DNA of 64,000 nt from positions 1 through 64,000 of IMG/VR virus record IMGVR_UViG_3300036800_000311, one strand, 5' to 3'. Origin of the DNA: a virus. This document shows, one piece after another, positions 1 through 7,829 of this stretch. Each line of letters starts with the position of its first letter. The first letter of the stretch is position 1. The notes beneath the pieces are model-generated. The model was not told the DNA's origin. It searched no databases and worked only from the letters and a program-made list of their open reading frames with translations. A program made the translations under genes and the position numbers.

Positions 1-4
1 GGGG

Positions 5-1747
5 GTGGGTGGGTATCAGCCGGACGCCGATCCTCAGCAGCAGCCGGACGCGCCGCGGGACGTGGCGGAGGCTGGCCTCACGGGAGCGGCCCTCCTCGCG
101 CTCCGTCGGACCTACTCCTACGTCGCTCCGACGTCGCCAGATCCGGTTCGCCGCACGGTGGCGCTCGCTCCCGCGTTCCGCGGGGTGAACGCCATGGTCG
201 GGGAGATCACGTCGATCGTGCCGGACGTCTCGCCGGTCGAGGGCGAGCGAGCGCTCTCCGCGGCGGAGGCGCTCCAGGGCGCGCTCCGGGACTGGGCGGT
301 AAGCAACGCGTACCGACTGAACATGGGCGACAGCGTCTCCTGGGCTGGCGAGCAGGCGGGGTACGCCGAGGCCGCGGACGCGGATGGTCGGCTGATGGAA
401 TGGGTCACGGAGGACGATGATCACGTCTGTGACGACTGCTCGTCACTCGGGTCGATGCCGCCGATGCCGCTCGCGGAGTGGCCGTCGGCCCCGGGCGACG
501 GGACGACGGAGTGCAACGTCGGGTGCTTCTCCCCTGGGACGCTCATTCAGGGGCGGGTAGAAGGTGGCCTACGCGCCTCCTACGACGGGCCGATGGTCGA
601 GGTGTATACGCGCGTCGGTCATCGTCTGGCCCTGACGGCCAATCACCCGGTACTGACCCCGCAGGGATTCGTCCCCGCTGGCGATCTTCGCGAGGGCCAG
701 TACGTGATCAGTCACCGCGTCCAGGTCCAGGTTCCCGTCGAGGGCGCTTCGATGCCAGAGCCTCAAGGCCAACAGGACCCAGCCCTCGTCGAGGATATAT
801 TCGAGTCGCTTGCGGAGCGGTACCGATCCGTTGACGTGAGGTCGCGAGGTGTAGACCTTTACGGCGACGCGCGGTTCCTCCAGGGCGACATCGAGGTTGT
901 AGTGCCCGACCGCGCGCTGCTGGATAACCGTCCATGGAGAGCAACGGAGTCGCTCGGCGACCTCGTCCTCATGTCGCCCTCGACGACAGCGTCTTACCTG
1001 CCGAGTTATCGCCGCGCGGCAAAGTTCATCTTCGGTCTTAGGACGACCTCGGGACGCGTCCCACGCTGCCTGGAGGAAGACGCTCGTCCGCCCAGTCGAC
1101 TTGATGTTGGCCCATGCGACCCGACTGGCCTCGCTCTGGGTACGGAGCGACATGCCCGCAGCCCGCAACTGGAGGACCGCGCTCCCGACGCTCCATCCGT
1201 TCACATGGCACATCGCGCGCCACGTACCGTTCGTGTAGGCGTCGCTAAGCGCTTGGAGCGCCGACGCTGGTGGGGCGGGATGCCTGCGGACCGACTCCGA
1301 CGCGGCGCGCGTCTGGCGCCGAACCATCGCGGGGTCCTCCTTGATTGTCTGCCACTTCAACCGCTCCGCCTCGGAGCGGCCTCGGAGATCGACGCCCGCC
1401 TGACGAAACCGGCGACCGAGGACCCCGCGTCCGATCTGGGTCTCGTCGCTGATGCTCTTGAGCGATTCCCCGCTCTCGTAGCGCCTGACGAGATCGTTCA
1501 GGTTAGGCACTATCACTTCGCGGGACACGTATACGACCTCCAGTCGCCGTTGGGGTGGGTATCGGCAGGGGGTATTTTAGCGGCCAACTGCCGATGCACC
1601 CTGGACGCCTCGGACGTCGAGCCGACCCCCGGTGACATCTACGTTCCGACGCTGGACGACTCGCAGCAAGCGACGGTCTCGTCCCTGATGGACGCCCAGG
1701 CTCAGGCGCTCGGCGCCGCGATGCCGGACGTCGCCTACCTCGAATGA
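5..1747 (+). CDS. Minor head/head morphogenesis protein (Mu gpF/SPP1 gp7-like), 5'-partial, interrupted by an intein
   Basis: W-x-T-x-x-D-x-x-VCxxC motif (WVTEDDDHVCDDC) and a C-x-x-x-CRC motif (ECNVG|CRC) split by a Hint domain; upstream of the head genes; the frame is open from the window edge. Confidence 0.8.
   Translation: MGGYQPDADPQQQPDAPRDVAEAGLTGAALLALRRTYSYVAPTSPDPVRRTVALAPAFRGVNAMVGEITSIVPDVSPVEGERALSAAEALQGALRDWAVSNAYRLNMGDSVSWAGEQAGYAEAADADGRLMEWVTEDDDHVCDDCSSLGSMPPMPLAEWPSAPGDGTTECNVGCFSPGTLIQGRVEGGLRASYDGPMVEVYTRVGHRLALTANHPVLTPQGFVPAGDLREGQYVISHRVQVQVPVEGASMPEPQGQQDPALVEDIFESLAERYRSVDVRSRGVDLYGDARFLQGDIEVVVPDRALLDNRPWRATESLGDLVLMSPSTTASYLPSYRRAAKFIFGLRTTSGRVPRCLEEDARPPSRLDVGPCDPTGLALGTERHARSPQLEDRAPDAPSVHMAHRAPRTVRVGVAKRLERRRWWGGMPADRLRRGARLAPNHRGVLLDCLPLQPLRLGAASEIDARLTKPATEDPASDLGLVADALERFPALVAPDEIVQVRHYHFAGHVYDLQSPLGWVSAGGILAANCRCTLDASDVEPTPGDIYVPTLDDSQQATVSSLMDAQAQALGAAMPDVAYLE
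569..1528 (-). CDS. HTH-repeat plus Vsr/DUF559-like (PD-(D/E)xK-type) endonuclease encoded antisense inside the intein
   Basis: N-terminal HTH (YESGESLKSISDETQIGRGVLGRRF); duplicated motif RQAGVDLRGRSEA / RAAGMSLRTQSEA; C-terminal QQRAVGHYNLDVALEEPRVAVKV...RLEYILDEGWVLL; GGAGG 8 nt before the GTG. Confidence 0.72.
   Translation of the reverse strand: MSREVIVPNLNDLVRRYESGESLKSISDETQIGRGVLGRRFRQAGVDLRGRSEAERLKWQTIKEDPAMVRRQTRAASESVRRHPAPPASALQALSDAYTNGTWRAMCHVNGWSVGSAVLQLRAAGMSLRTQSEASRVAWANIKSTGRTSVFLQAAWDASRGRPKTEDELCRAAITRQVRRCRRGRHEDEVAERLRCSPWTVIQQRAVGHYNLDVALEEPRVAVKVYTSRPHVNGSVPLRKRLEYILDEGWVLLALRLWHRSALDGNLDLDAVTDHVLALAKIASGDESLRGQYRVIGRQGQTMTDARIHLDHRPVVGGA
1537..1579 (-). promoter_or_regulatory. 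Candidate -10 box (TAAAAT, 1579-1574) and Shine-Dalgarno (GGAGG, 1541-1537) for the antisense endonuclease
   Basis: Read directly from the reverse complement; the -10 box coincides with the rare codons ATT TTA in the intein frame; no consensus -35. Confidence 0.55.
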
Positions 1748-2409
1748 TCGGAGTCCCGATGGGGATCGAACAGGCTCATCGGGAGGTCTGGCTGGCGCCC
1801 CATGTCCGCGACGGGCTGCGCGCGGAGCGAGACGCCGCTCACGCCCGAGCGACGGCGGACCTCCTCACCCATCGTGAGGCCCGCCACGCCTATCGCCCCA
1901 GGCGGGTCGCGCGGCGGGTCGGGACGGAGGCGGAGCGCGGGACGGTCTGCGCTTGGGTCGCGTCCGCCTTGTCCGTTCCCGTCCGTCGGGCGCTCGCGCT
2001 TGAGGGGGAGCGCTTCGGACTCGGCGGAGGGGGCTTCTCCGGGTATCCGATCGTCTGGTCGTGGCTCCAGTACCTCGGCTCCGGGGAGTACGTCGCGGAC
2101 ATCGTGACCGCCCACTACCAGCAGCACGTCGACGCCCTCCCACTCCAGGTCCTCCTGCTGCCGTTCGAGACGTGCGCGTTCCTGCTCTCGCTCGCTCCCG
2201 CGAGTTGGTCGATCCAGACGGTCATCCCGCTCGGGATGCCGTACGCGACGGACGGCCCCACGGGCCTCGACGAGGTCGCGATGGGATCGAACGCGGTCTG
2301 GGGGGTCGACCCGATCCTCGGACCGTACTTCGACGACGTCGGCGCGGACGCCCCGAGCGAGGCTCGGCTATTCCTGGACGGCTCCGGCAACCCGTACCTG
2401 CTGACGTGA
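1744..2409 (+). CDS. Hypothetical phage protein
   Basis: ATGA overlap with the upstream gene, GC3-rich codons. Confidence 0.6.
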   Translation: MIGVPMGIEQAHREVWLAPHVRDGLRAERDAAHARATADLLTHREARHAYRPRRVARRVGTEAERGTVCAWVASALSVPVRRALALEGERFGLGGGGFSGYPIVWSWLQYLGSGEYVADIVTAHYQQHVDALPLQVLLLPFETCAFLLSLAPASWSIQTVIPLGMPYATDGPTGLDEVAMGSNAVWGVDPILGPYFDDVGADAPSEARLFLDGSGNPYLLT

Positions 2410-4451
2410 CCCGCACGTTCCTATCCACGGGTGGCCCTGGCCCGCCGGGGCCTCCCGGCATCACCGCGACGCTCCGCGGTGCGTGGTCCGCCGGTACGAC
2501 GTACACGGCCGGTCCGCCGCCCGATGCGGTCCTCGGGTCCGATGGCGCCTGGTACTACTCGCTGGTCAGCGGGAATGTCGGGCATAACCCGGTGGGGGAT
2601 GGGGGCGTGCATTGGGCGTCTGGACTGCCGAGTTCGGTGCTGAGCGCGGGTTCACCCGCACCGTCCCCGGCGACCGCCGGCCAGCAGATCCTCGTCCGCT
2701 CCGATGGCACGATCGCGTTCTTCGATCCGCCGACGATCAGCGCCGCTGCGTGGGGCGTCAAGCCGAGCGCGACCGCGACGGTCAACATGGCCGGTATCGC
2801 CTCGGCGATCGCGGCGCTGCCGCTCGGTCCGGATGGCGTGTCGCGTCTCGGGACCGTGGATCTCCCGACCGGCATCCTCAACGTGTCGAGCTTCGCGCGA
2901 GCCGACACCGGCTGCACGTACACGGCCGGGTCGGCCACGATCCTCGACTCGCACATCACCGCACTTGACCAGGGCGGGTTCGTTCTGGACATGGCCAACC
3001 AGGCTGACAACGGCGCGGTGATCCTCACCGTGAATCCCGGCGTCAGCTTCACGATCAACCGGCCCATTGTCAGCAGCGGGACGACCCTCACGGTCGTGCG
3101 CCCCGCGATTCAGGGGGCAACGGCCATGACTCTGCGAGGCCGGGGACGCAAGGGCGGCATCACGAACGTCTACAGCGCCGGAGGGCACTGCACGCTGATT
3201 CAGGACAACGGCAACGGCGTCACGATCGCCGGGCCGAACGGCGTCGACGGCGCAGCCAACTCGGCGTGGCAGTTCACCATCGAGCATCTCTCCTGCAACG
3301 GGCCGGGGAACACGACCGGCAACGCCTCATCGAACAACATCTACGGGTTCTACTGCACGAACCTCGCGGCGCTGTTCATGACGCAGTGCGATTTCGAGTT
3401 TCACGGCCGATGGGGCGTGTTCCTCGACCAGAACACGCCCGTAGCCGGGGTATTGCGGGACATGCTCATCCAGTACAACGGCACCGCCGCGGCGACGATC
3501 CCAACCGGAGGGCTGTGGGTGTCGGTGAACGAGCCCAACGAGGTCCACGCCGTCAAGGTCCGCTGCCTCTACAACTTCGGCTGGGGAGCGCAGCTCGCGG
3601 GCAACCAGCAGTGCGACAGCTGCGTATTCGGCGCCACGTTCATGAGCGCCTATGTTGACGGCACTCACACGCTCCTGACGAGCGGTTTCGGTGCTGTGAT
3701 CGCAGGCGGCTCAGACGCTCCGGTGATCCTCAACAACGTCGAATGGCAGGACAACGCAGGCCAGGCGGTCTTCTACGTCATGGGCGGCGCGAACCTGCAC
3801 ATCACCGGCGGCGGCGGCTACGGCGACAACGTCCAGCCATACGCGATCATCATGGAGAACGGCCTGCAGTCGTCCCTCACGATCGACGGGGTAGCGATCC
3901 ACGGGCACACCACCGCCGACGTGTACTTCATCGGACTGCACACGTCACCATCGAACCCGCCGCGGTTCTCCTGGCGCAACTGCTACACCCTCGACCCGCT
4001 GTGGGCAACCTTCCAGGGCGGCGTAAATCCCGACCTGCCCGCCAGCGCCGCGCAGGCCGCTGTCGGCACCTACTCGCTGCTCATGGGGGACGGGCCGAAC
4101 TGGACGAACCTCACGCTCGCGACGAGCGTCGTGTCCCGCGGCACGCCCGCCGCACCGACACCGCAGGCGATGGTCGATCCATTCGGGAACGTGCGGTTGC
4201 GGGGATGCCTGACGGGTACGAGTATCGGCGCGGGCGGACTGCTCGCGACGATCCCCGCAACGGACTCGCAAGGGAACAAGCTGCGCCCCGCCTACGAGAT
4301 AGACCTGGGTGCCATCTACTCCCAAGCCGCCCCGTACGCGCAGGGAATCGTCATCGCCGCGAACGGGCAGATCACCGTCGGCCCCGGCGGTGCCCTCGGC
4401 GCATCCAACTGGGTGTCGCTGGACGGCGTCAGCTTCAACACGTCGGCGTAG
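2406..4451 (+). CDS. Right-handed beta-helix (pectate-lyase-like) spike/fibre protein, possible depolymerase
   Basis: GTGA-coupled start at 2406; GPGPPGPPG stub; 'WGVKP...N.AGIASAIAAL...GTVDLPTG' beta-helix cap; Gly/Asn-rich parallel beta repeats. Confidence 0.65.
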   Translation: MTRTFLSTGGPGPPGPPGITATLRGAWSAGTTYTAGPPPDAVLGSDGAWYYSLVSGNVGHNPVGDGGVHWASGLPSSVLSAGSPAPSPATAGQQILVRSDGTIAFFDPPTISAAAWGVKPSATATVNMAGIASAIAALPLGPDGVSRLGTVDLPTGILNVSSFARADTGCTYTAGSATILDSHITALDQGGFVLDMANQADNGAVILTVNPGVSFTINRPIVSSGTTLTVVRPAIQGATAMTLRGRGRKGGITNVYSAGGHCTLIQDNGNGVTIAGPNGVDGAANSAWQFTIEHLSCNGPGNTTGNASSNNIYGFYCTNLAALFMTQCDFEFHGRWGVFLDQNTPVAGVLRDMLIQYNGTAAATIPTGGLWVSVNEPNEVHAVKVRCLYNFGWGAQLAGNQQCDSCVFGATFMSAYVDGTHTLLTSGFGAVIAGGSDAPVILNNVEWQDNAGQAVFYVMGGANLHITGGGGYGDNVQPYAIIMENGLQSSLTIDGVAIHGHTTADVYFIGLHTSPSNPPRFSWRNCYTLDPLWATFQGGVNPDLPASAAQAAVGTYSLLMGDGPNWTNLTLATSVVSRGTPAAPTPQAMVDPFGNVRLRGCLTGTSIGAGGLLATIPATDSQGNKLRPAYEIDLGAIYSQAAPYAQGIVIAANGQITVGPGGALGASNWVSLDGVSFNTSA

Positions 4452-4465
4452 CCTTGCGAGAGCTA

Positions 4466-4666
4466 TTACGCCAAGCGATGCATCTCTGCGAGAACATCGC
4501 GCGGATGCCCAGCGAACTGCAACTCTCGACCATCGGCCGTCCGCATCGTGATGTTCGAGAAGCGGACACGGCCCCGGCCCGGTCGGAGCTGGCAGGCCAC
4601 CCAACCGACGAGCCATTTCCAATAGAACTTCACGAGGAAGCGTCGGTAGCCGAGGGAGCAGGGCAC
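4466..4666 (-). CDS. Small hypothetical protein
   Basis: Fills an intergenic gap; protein-like composition. Confidence 0.3.
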   Translation of the reverse strand: MPCSLGYRRFLVKFYWKWLVGWVACQLRPGRGRVRFSNITMRTADGRELQFAGHPRDVLAEMHRLA

Positions 4667-4927
4667 CGGCGTCAGTCTACCGCCCGACTTACGCTCCTGG
4701 CGAGAACCGTGACCCCATGCTGATCCCCAAGCCGTGGAACCTCACCCTCTGATCCGTGCGGCTGCGCCTCCCGCGGGGAGCGATCCTCGTCGCAGCGCGC
4801 ACCCAGGCGACGCCGATCCCGAACCGAGCGGCGTCGCTAGCGGGCGGCGAGATCCGGCATCCGACCTCCGCGCGGACCGGACTCGCCGCCCCACATCCAT
4901 CTTCCCAACCACCGAAGGAGTAGAGCA

Positions 4928-5497
4928 ATGTCACCTGGCATCTCGGCAGTAGACGACCGCGCCGCGGTCGGCCCTGGCGGCGGATCGTTCGGCCACGACA
5001 CCCAGGGAGCGCACGGCCCAGCCGTCGACCTCCGCGAACTCGAGGCCGAGGTCCTCTCGCGGAACCCGAACCGTCGCGGGAAGCATCCCTTCCAGGAGTA
5101 CTGGGAGCGCGTCGTCCGCGAGGCGGGCGTGCCGGACGCCCACGAGACGCGCCGGATGGCGTCGGTCATCTGCGGCGAGGTCGCGGCGCTGCCGTTCACC
5201 CCGGACGACGAGACGCCCGTCCCCGTCCCCGGCTCGCAGAAGAAGACGACGGAGTTCGAGCAGCAGATCGAGCGGACCGCCCTCTCGGCGGAGAAGACCC
5301 TCGACTCGAAGATGGTCTGGACCGCCTCGGCGCTGAAGATCGCCCGGAAGGCCCTGGAGCTGCGGAAGCGGGACCCGGACGGCTCGCGCGGGATCGCCTG
5401 GGTCAACGACCCGCTGCCCGGCGAGGAGCGCATCGCCGCCCCCCTGCCGTCCTCGTTCCAGCCCGCGGGAACGGACCCCGGCGAGGACGAGGTCTGA
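4928..5497 (+). CDS. Hypothetical protein
   Basis: GAAGGAG RBS, strong GC3 bias. Confidence 0.7.
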   Translation: MSPGISAVDDRAAVGPGGGSFGHDTQGAHGPAVDLRELEAEVLSRNPNRRGKHPFQEYWERVVREAGVPDAHETRRMASVICGEVAALPFTPDDETPVPVPGSQKKTTEFEQQIERTALSAEKTLDSKMVWTASALKIARKALELRKRDPDGSRGIAWVNDPLPGEERIAAPLPSSFQPAGTDPGEDEV

Positions 5498-5499
5498 TC

Positions 5500-5667
5500 G
5501 TGGACGAGAAGCGTCCGGACTGGACCTCGGGCCGCGTCCGCGAGTCCGCCGACGGCCTGCGCGGGCGACCGTCGGAGGACGAGCGCGAGCAGCGCCTCCG
5601 CGAGGCCGAGGAGCGAGAGGTAGGCTCACGGGACCGACCGGGGGAGGGGCGGCCTCACCGGGCCTAG
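5500..5667 (+). CDS. Small charged protein (55 aa) with VRES and LREA motifs
   Basis: Manual translation VDEKRPDW...HRA*; starts 2 nt after the previous stop. Confidence 0.35.
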   Translation: MDEKRPDWTSGRVRESADGLRGRPSEDEREQRLREAEEREVGSRDRPGEGRPHRA

Positions 5668-6347
5668 ATCGCGAGGCGCTGATCCTGGAGTTTCTGGATC
5701 TTGTGCCCGTGGTGGCGCGGTCGCTTCGGAGGGACCGAGGCGAGATGGACGACCTGATCCAAGACGGGTTCGTCGGCCTGATCCGGGCGGCTCGGAGGTG
5801 CGACCCAGGGCGCGTCGACCTGTTCCGCAACTACGCCTGGAGGGCGATCGAGGGCGAGATGCGCGACGGGCTGAGAAGGATGAGTTCCGGGAGCAAGGAG
5901 CAGCGGCGAAGGGAGCGGAGGGTCGACGAGGCCCGCGCTCGCCTCGCGCGACGCGGAGTCACCACGCCCGCGGCGCTCGCCGCGGAGCTCGACATCACGC
6001 CGTCGGCGCTCGCCGCGGAGGAGGCGCTGTTCCATCGCCTCTCGGTCGTCTCGCTCAACGTGCCTCCGTACGACTCTGCCGTTGAGGTCATAGTCGACCC
6101 TGGCGAGTCCGCGGCGGATCGCCACGAGCGGGCGGCGACGGCGACGACGGTGTCGGACGCCCTGGCGCTCCTGGGCGGCCGGGAGCGGTTCGTGGTCGGG
6201 ATGTACTACTGGCAGGAGTGCACCGTCGGAGAGATCGCGGAGATGCTCGACCTGAGCGTCGTCCGCACGCAGCAGATCCTGACAGCCGGACGCGCCCACG
6301 TGAGGGCGCTACTAGAACGAGGAGGAGCAGATGCACAGGACGATTGA
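5667..6347 (+). CDS. Sigma-70 family alternative sigma factor (FliA/WhiG/SigF-like); start uncertain
   Basis: Region 2 DDLIQDGFVGLIRAARRCDP...FRNYAWRAIEGEMRD; region 4 RERFVVGMYYWQECTVGEIAEMLDLS; sigma-like sequence DREALILEFLDL extends upstream of the first GTG (5703). Confidence 0.85.
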   Translation, partial: DREALILEFLDLVPVVARSLRRDRGEMDDLIQDGFVGLIRAARRCDPGRVDLFRNYAWRAIEGEMRDGLRRMSSGSKEQRRRERRVDEARARLARRGVTTPAALAAELDITPSALAAEEALFHRLSVVSLNVPPYDSAVEVIVDPGESAADRHERAATATTVSDALALLGGRERFVVGMYYWQECTVGEIAEMLDLSVVRTQQILTAGRAHVRALLERGGADAQDD

Positions 6348-6540
6348 GATCAAGACGGACGCGCAGGGAACCGGATCGGCTGAGATCGACGCCCCGCAGC
6401 ACGTTGAGCGCGTCATCCCCGTCGGCGAGCCGCACGCGGTCGTTGGCGTCGAGGTCAGCGACTTCGGCCGGAAGGTCGTCGTCAACGTCGCCGGGGCGAA
6501 GCCCGACTCGACGGTCGTCGTCGGATACGACGTCCCGTGA
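6331..6540 (+). CDS. Hypothetical protein
   Basis: GGAGGAG RBS; translationally coupled. Confidence 0.6.
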   Translation: MHRTIEIKTDAQGTGSAEIDAPQHVERVIPVGEPHAVVGVEVSDFGRKVVVNVAGAKPDSTVVVGYDVP

Positions 6541-6797
6541 GCGCGACCTCCCCGCAGGTCCAGGCCGGGTACGAGGTCGCGAACGCCCTCGGCCGCCTGA
6601 ACGCCGACCGCCCGCGACTCGGAGAGGCCTGCGTGTCCCAGGTTCCCGTCGCCCAGGCGATCCGCTTCATGCTCCACGCCCTCGACCTTCACCAGCAGAA
6701 CTCGGGCCACTCGCTCGAGCGCATCCGGCGGGACATCCGGGCGGGGCGGATCGAGGTCCGGCTCTCCGGCAACCACGCCGTCGTGGTGACCCCTTGA
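6537..6797 (+). CDS. Hypothetical protein
   Basis: GTGA overlap. Confidence 0.55.
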   Translation: MSATSPQVQAGYEVANALGRLNADRPRLGEACVSQVPVAQAIRFMLHALDLHQQNSGHSLERIRRDIRAGRIEVRLSGNHAVVVTP

Positions 6798-7295
6798 CCG
6801 CGCTCGCGGTCCCTGCCCGCGGCCCCGCCGCTGGGCGCCCTCGCCACGACCGCACGCCAGGAGCACGAGCAGGTAGCCCTGGCGTGCGGCGAGGCCCTGA
6901 CCCACGCCGTCCGCTGCGGTGAGCTGCTCATCGAGGCCAAGGCCCAGGTCCCGGCGGGCCTGTGGCTGGTATGGCTCGCGGACAACGTCAGGTGCAGCCA
7001 CGCGACGGCGAGTACCTACATGCGGCTCGCGCGGCATCGCGACGAGGTCCTCGCCGGGGCCGATAGCTTGACCTCCGCCGTGCGGCTCCTCCGGGCCGCG
7101 GACCCCCAGCCGCGCGAACCCTCCCGCCGACCGCAGCGCCCCAGCGGGCCTCGGGTGGAGATCACGGACAGGATGATCGAGGGGATGGCGCGCTGGTTGT
7201 GCCTGAACTTCGAGTCGATGCCGTCCGTCGTCACCGACGCCGTCCGCGGGAAGGCTCTCGCCGCCCTGAACGCCACCCTGAGGACTTCGCTATGA
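6794..7295 (+). CDS. DUF3102-like protein with an apparent frameshift near 6810
   Basis: HAVRCGELLIEAKAQVPAGLWLVWLADN...TASTYMRLAR is in the frame of ORF 7020..7295; the coupled TTG at 6794 is in a different frame. Confidence 0.6.
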
Positions 7296-7660
7296 GCGTC
7301 AACTCCACCACGAAGACGGGCCTCACGGCCCCGAAGGACGGCCTCGACGCCCGCGTCGGCCGCGAGATGGGCCGCGAGATGGGCTGGCTCCTTCGACGGA
7401 CGAAGCGCGTCGAGGAACTCCTCGCCGTCCCGGAGGTCATGGCCATGGCCGACGAGCTCGCGCGACACATGGAGCGCTGGTCCGCAGAGGAGGGCGTCGC
7501 GGTCAAGGACCTCGACGTGACGATCCTCCCGACCCAGACGAAGACGTACGTCACGATCGCCTTCGGCGCCCGGACGTGCGTACCGTGCCACGGGACGGGG
7601 CGCGTCGGCGGTGAGGGGATCAACTACTGCCCGGCGTGCGGCGGATCGGGCTTCCGTTGA
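7292..7660 (+). CDS. Hypothetical protein with C-terminal DnaJ-type zinc finger
   Basis: CVPCHGTG...CPACGGSG. Confidence 0.7.
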   Translation: MSVNSTTKTGLTAPKDGLDARVGREMGREMGWLLRRTKRVEELLAVPEVMAMADELARHMERWSAEEGVAVKDLDVTILPTQTKTYVTIAFGARTCVPCHGTGRVGGEGINYCPACGGSGFR

Positions 7661-7827
7661 GGATCCTCCGCGGGATCCTGGCGGTCGTCTTCTTCGCCAT
7701 GGCCGACGTAGCGGAGTACCTCGCCCAGGCCTGCGAGGAGGGCGCGTGCGAGCCCACGGGCACCTTCGGGGTGTCCTTGTCTTCCAACGGCCACAGCGCG
7801 GCCACCATCACCCTCACAGAGGAGTAG
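7657..7827 (+). CDS. Small hypothetical protein
   Basis: TTGA overlap; hydrophobic N-terminus. Confidence 0.4.
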   Translation: MRILRGILAVVFFAMADVAEYLAQACEEGACEPTGTFGVSLSSNGHSAATITLTEE

Positions 7828-7829
7828 CG

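Larger units (their letters stand above)
524..1588 (+). mobile_element. Intein (Hint domain), 355 aa
   Basis: Block A CFSPGT at 524, block B TANHPVLT, block F HVYDLQS, C-terminal Asn (GILAAN) followed by a Cys+1; removing it restores CNVG-CRC. Confidence 0.9.

Noticed and set aside
6795-6797. Stop-codon readthrough or recoding joining 6537..6797 to the DUF3102 frame
   Set aside because: TGA is used as a normal coupled stop throughout the genome; a single indel after the TTG at 6794 is the simpler explanation
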